Below, piece by piece: positions 61,701 to 64,000 of a DNA stretch of 64,000 bases. Under the pieces are notes generated by a model. It was not told the origin of the DNA. It made no database searches and saw only the letters and a program-made list of their open reading frames with translations. This DNA comes from Eledone cirrhosa (Eukaryota). Made by a program: the position numbers and the translations under genes. Every line of letters begins with the position of its first letter. Positions within the stretch are counted from its first letter, which is position 1. The stretch spans positions 52,824,001 to 52,888,000 of the forward strand of contig OZ024746.1 in NCBI GenBank assembly GCA_964016885.1, written 5' to 3'.

Positions 61701-64000
61701 CTGAGATGGTAGTGTTGTTGTTGTTGTTATTGTAGTTAGAGTTTGCTGAGATGGTAGTATTGTTGTTGTTGTTATTGTAGTTAGTGGTTGCTGAGATGGT
61801 AGTGTTGTTGTTGTTGTTATTGTAGTTAGAGGTTGCTGAGATGGTAGTGTTGTTGTTGTTATTCTAGTTAGTTGTTGCTGTGATGGTAGTGTTGTTGTTG
61901 TTGTTATTGTAGTTAGTGATTTCTGTGATGGTAGTGTTGTTGTTGTTATTGTAGTTAGAGCTTGCTGAGATGGTAGTGTTGTTGTTGTTATTGTAGTTAG
62001 TGGTTTCTGTGATGGTAGTGTTGTTGTTGTTATTGTAGTTAGTGGCTGCTGAGATGGTAGTGTTGTTGTTGTTGTTATTGTAGTTAGAGGTTGCTGTGAT
62101 GGTAGTGTTGTTGTTGTTGTTATTGTAGTTAGTGGTTTCTGTAATGGTAGTGTTGTTGTTGTTATTGTAGTTAGTGGTTGCTGAGATGGTAGTGATGTTG
62201 TTGTTGTTATTGTAGTTAGAGGTTGCTGAGATGGTAGTGTTGTTGTTGTTGTTATTGTAGTTAGTGGTTGCTGAGATAATAGTGTTGTTGTTGTTGTTAT
62301 TGTAGTTAGTGGTTGCTGAGATGATAGTGTTGTTGTTGTTGTTATTGTAGTTAGTGGTTGCTGAGATAATAGTGTTGTTGTTGTTGTTATTGTAGTTAGT
62401 GGTTGCTGAGATGATAGTGTTGTTGTTGTTGTTATTGTAGTTAGTGGTTGCTGAGATGGTAGTGTTGTTGTTGTTGTTATTGTAGTTAGTGGTTGCTGAG
62501 ATAATAGTGTTGTTGTTGTTGTTATTGTAGTTAGTGGTTGCTGAGATGATAGTGTTGTTGTTGTTGTTATTGTAGTTAGTGGTTGCTGAGATAATAGTGT
62601 TGTTGTTGTTGTTATTGTAGTTAGTGGTTGCTGAGATGGTAGTGTTGTTGTTGTTGTTATTGTAGTTAGTGGTTGCTGAGATGGTAGTGTTGTTGTTGTT
62701 GTTATTGTAGTTAGTGGTTTTTGTGATGGTAGTGTTGTTGTTGTTGTTATTGTAGTTAGTGGTTGCTGTGATGGTAGTGTTGTTGTTGTTAATGTAGTTA
62801 GTGGTTGCTGAGATGGTAGTGTTGTTGTTGTTGTTATTGTAGTTAGTGGTTGCAGAGATGGTAGTGTTGTTGTTGTTGTTATTGTAGTTAGTGGTTGCTG
62901 TGATGGTAGTGTTGTTGTTGTTATTGTAGTTAGTGGTTGCTGAGATGGTAGTGTTGTTGTTGTTGTTATTGTAGTTACTGGTTGCTGAGATGGTAGTGTT
63001 GTTGTTGCTGTTATTGTAGTTAGTGGTTTCTGTGATGGTAGTGTTGTTGTTGTTATTGTAGTTAGTGGTTGATGAGATGGTAGTGTTGTTGTTGTGGTTA
63101 TTGTAGTTAGTGGTTGCTGAGATGGTAGTGTTGTTGTTGTTATTGTAGCTAGTGGTTGCTGTGATGGTAGTGTTGTTGTTGTTATTGTAGTTAGTGGTTG
63201 CTATGATGGTAGTGATGTTGTTGTTATTGTAGCTAGTGGTTCCTGTGTTGGTAGTGTTGTTGTTGTTATTGTAGTTAGTGGTTGCTATGCTGGTAGTGTT
63301 GTTGTTGTTATTGTAGCTAGTGGTTGCTGTGATGGTAGTGTTTTTGTTGTTATTCTAGTTAGTGGTTGCTATGATGGTAGTGTTGTTGTTGTTATTGTAG
63401 TAAGAGGTTGCTATGATGGTAGTGTTGTTGTTGTTATTGTAGTTAGTGGTTGCTATGATGGTAGTGTTGTTGTTGTTATTGTAGCTAGTGGTTGTTGACA
63501 TGGTAGTGTTGTTGTTGTTGTTCTTGTTGTTAGTGGTTGCTGAGATGGTAGTGTTGTTGTTGTTATTGTAGTTAGTGTTTGCTGAGATGGTAGTGTTGTT
63601 GTTGTTTTTATTGTAGTTAGTGTTTGCTGAGATGGTAGTGTTGTTGTTGTTGTTATTGTAGTTAGTGGTTGCTGTGATGGTAGTGTTGTTGTTGTTGTTG
63701 TTATTGTAGTTAGTGGTTTCTGTGATGGTAGTGTTGTTGTTGTTATTGTAGTTAGTGGTTGCTGAGATGGTAGTGTTGTTGTTGTTGTTATTGTAGTTAG
63801 AGGTTGCTGAGATGGTAGTGTTTATGTTGTTGTTGTTGTTATTGTAGTTAGTGGTTTCTGTGATGGTAGTGTTGTTGTTGTTATTGTAGTTAGTGGTTGC
63901 TGAGATGGTAGTGTTGTTGTTGTTGTTATTGTAGTTAGAGGTTGCTGTGATGGTAGTGTTGTTGTTGTTGTTATTGTAGTTAGTGGTTTCTGTGATGGTA
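52750..64000 (+). repeat. ~2.4-3.0-kb higher-order units (about 4-5 diverged copies)
   Basis: GTAAGAGG marker at 52975, 55454, 57810, 60448 and 63400. The GTTAATGTAG..GCAGAG pair recurs near 54750, 57023 and 62790. Confidence 0.8.

Larger units (their letters stand above)
1..64000 (+). repeat. Tandem satellite/minisatellite array, 45/42-bp monomer GTAGTTAGTGGTT(G/T)CTG(A/T)GATGGTAGT(GTT)4-5ATT, ~1,450 copies
   Basis: The monomer is visible in every line of the window, always in the same orientation. Length variants are almost all multiples of 3 (changes in GTT number). No non-repeat insert was seen. Confidence 0.99.

Noticed and set aside
1-64000. CRISPR-like array (constant part plus variable part)
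   Set aside because: There are no unique spacers: the variable portion is only GTT number and point variants. No palindromic repeat, leader or cas gene is present.
1-64000. Single intact giant CDS (mucin, adhesin or ice-binding protein)
   Set aside because: Recurrent stops in both open frames and about 16 +1 frameshifts, plus a -1 deletion and a 20-bp duplication, break it under the standard code.
1-64000. Plus-strand frame VVSGC(C/*)DGSVVVVVI with TGT/TGA toggling (selenocysteine or TGA=Cys recoding)
   Set aside because: No SECIS-capable structure is evident (the strand has almost no C), frameshifts recur, and a simple A/T polymorphism explains it.
1-64000. G-quadruplex, hairpins, terminators, tRNA/rRNA, transposon ends
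   Set aside because: Only GG doublets separated by long loops are present; there are no inverted repeats or inversions and no non-repeat sequence.

Overview
The whole 64 kb window is one uninterrupted head-to-tail tandem array (satellite/minisatellite), all in one orientation and running off both ends. The consensus monomer is 45 bp, GTAGTTAGTGGTTGCTGAGATGGTAGTGTTGTTGTTGTTGTTATT, with a very common 42-bp form that lacks one GTT, giving roughly 1,450 monomers (64,000/~44). The + strand is extremely G+T-rich (consensus 22 T, 16 G, 6 A, 1 C). I see no unique sequence, conventional gene, RNA gene, transposon or CRISPR array. The three supplied ORFs are by-products of the repeat: two of the three minus-strand frames of the monomer are stop-free (TTITTTTTLPSQQPL and NYNNNNNNTTISATT), but both are broken by recurrent stop and frameshift variants. 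The information lies in the variant pattern: nested higher-order repeats (132, 168, 267 bp; about 1.4, 1.7, 2.4-3.1 and 5 kb), regionally restricted variant layers and recombinant monomers. A eukaryotic origin is likely but is an inference. I cannot support a novel gene system here; the coding-relic and telomere-like ideas are hypotheses. All positions were read by eye and block boundaries are approximate.
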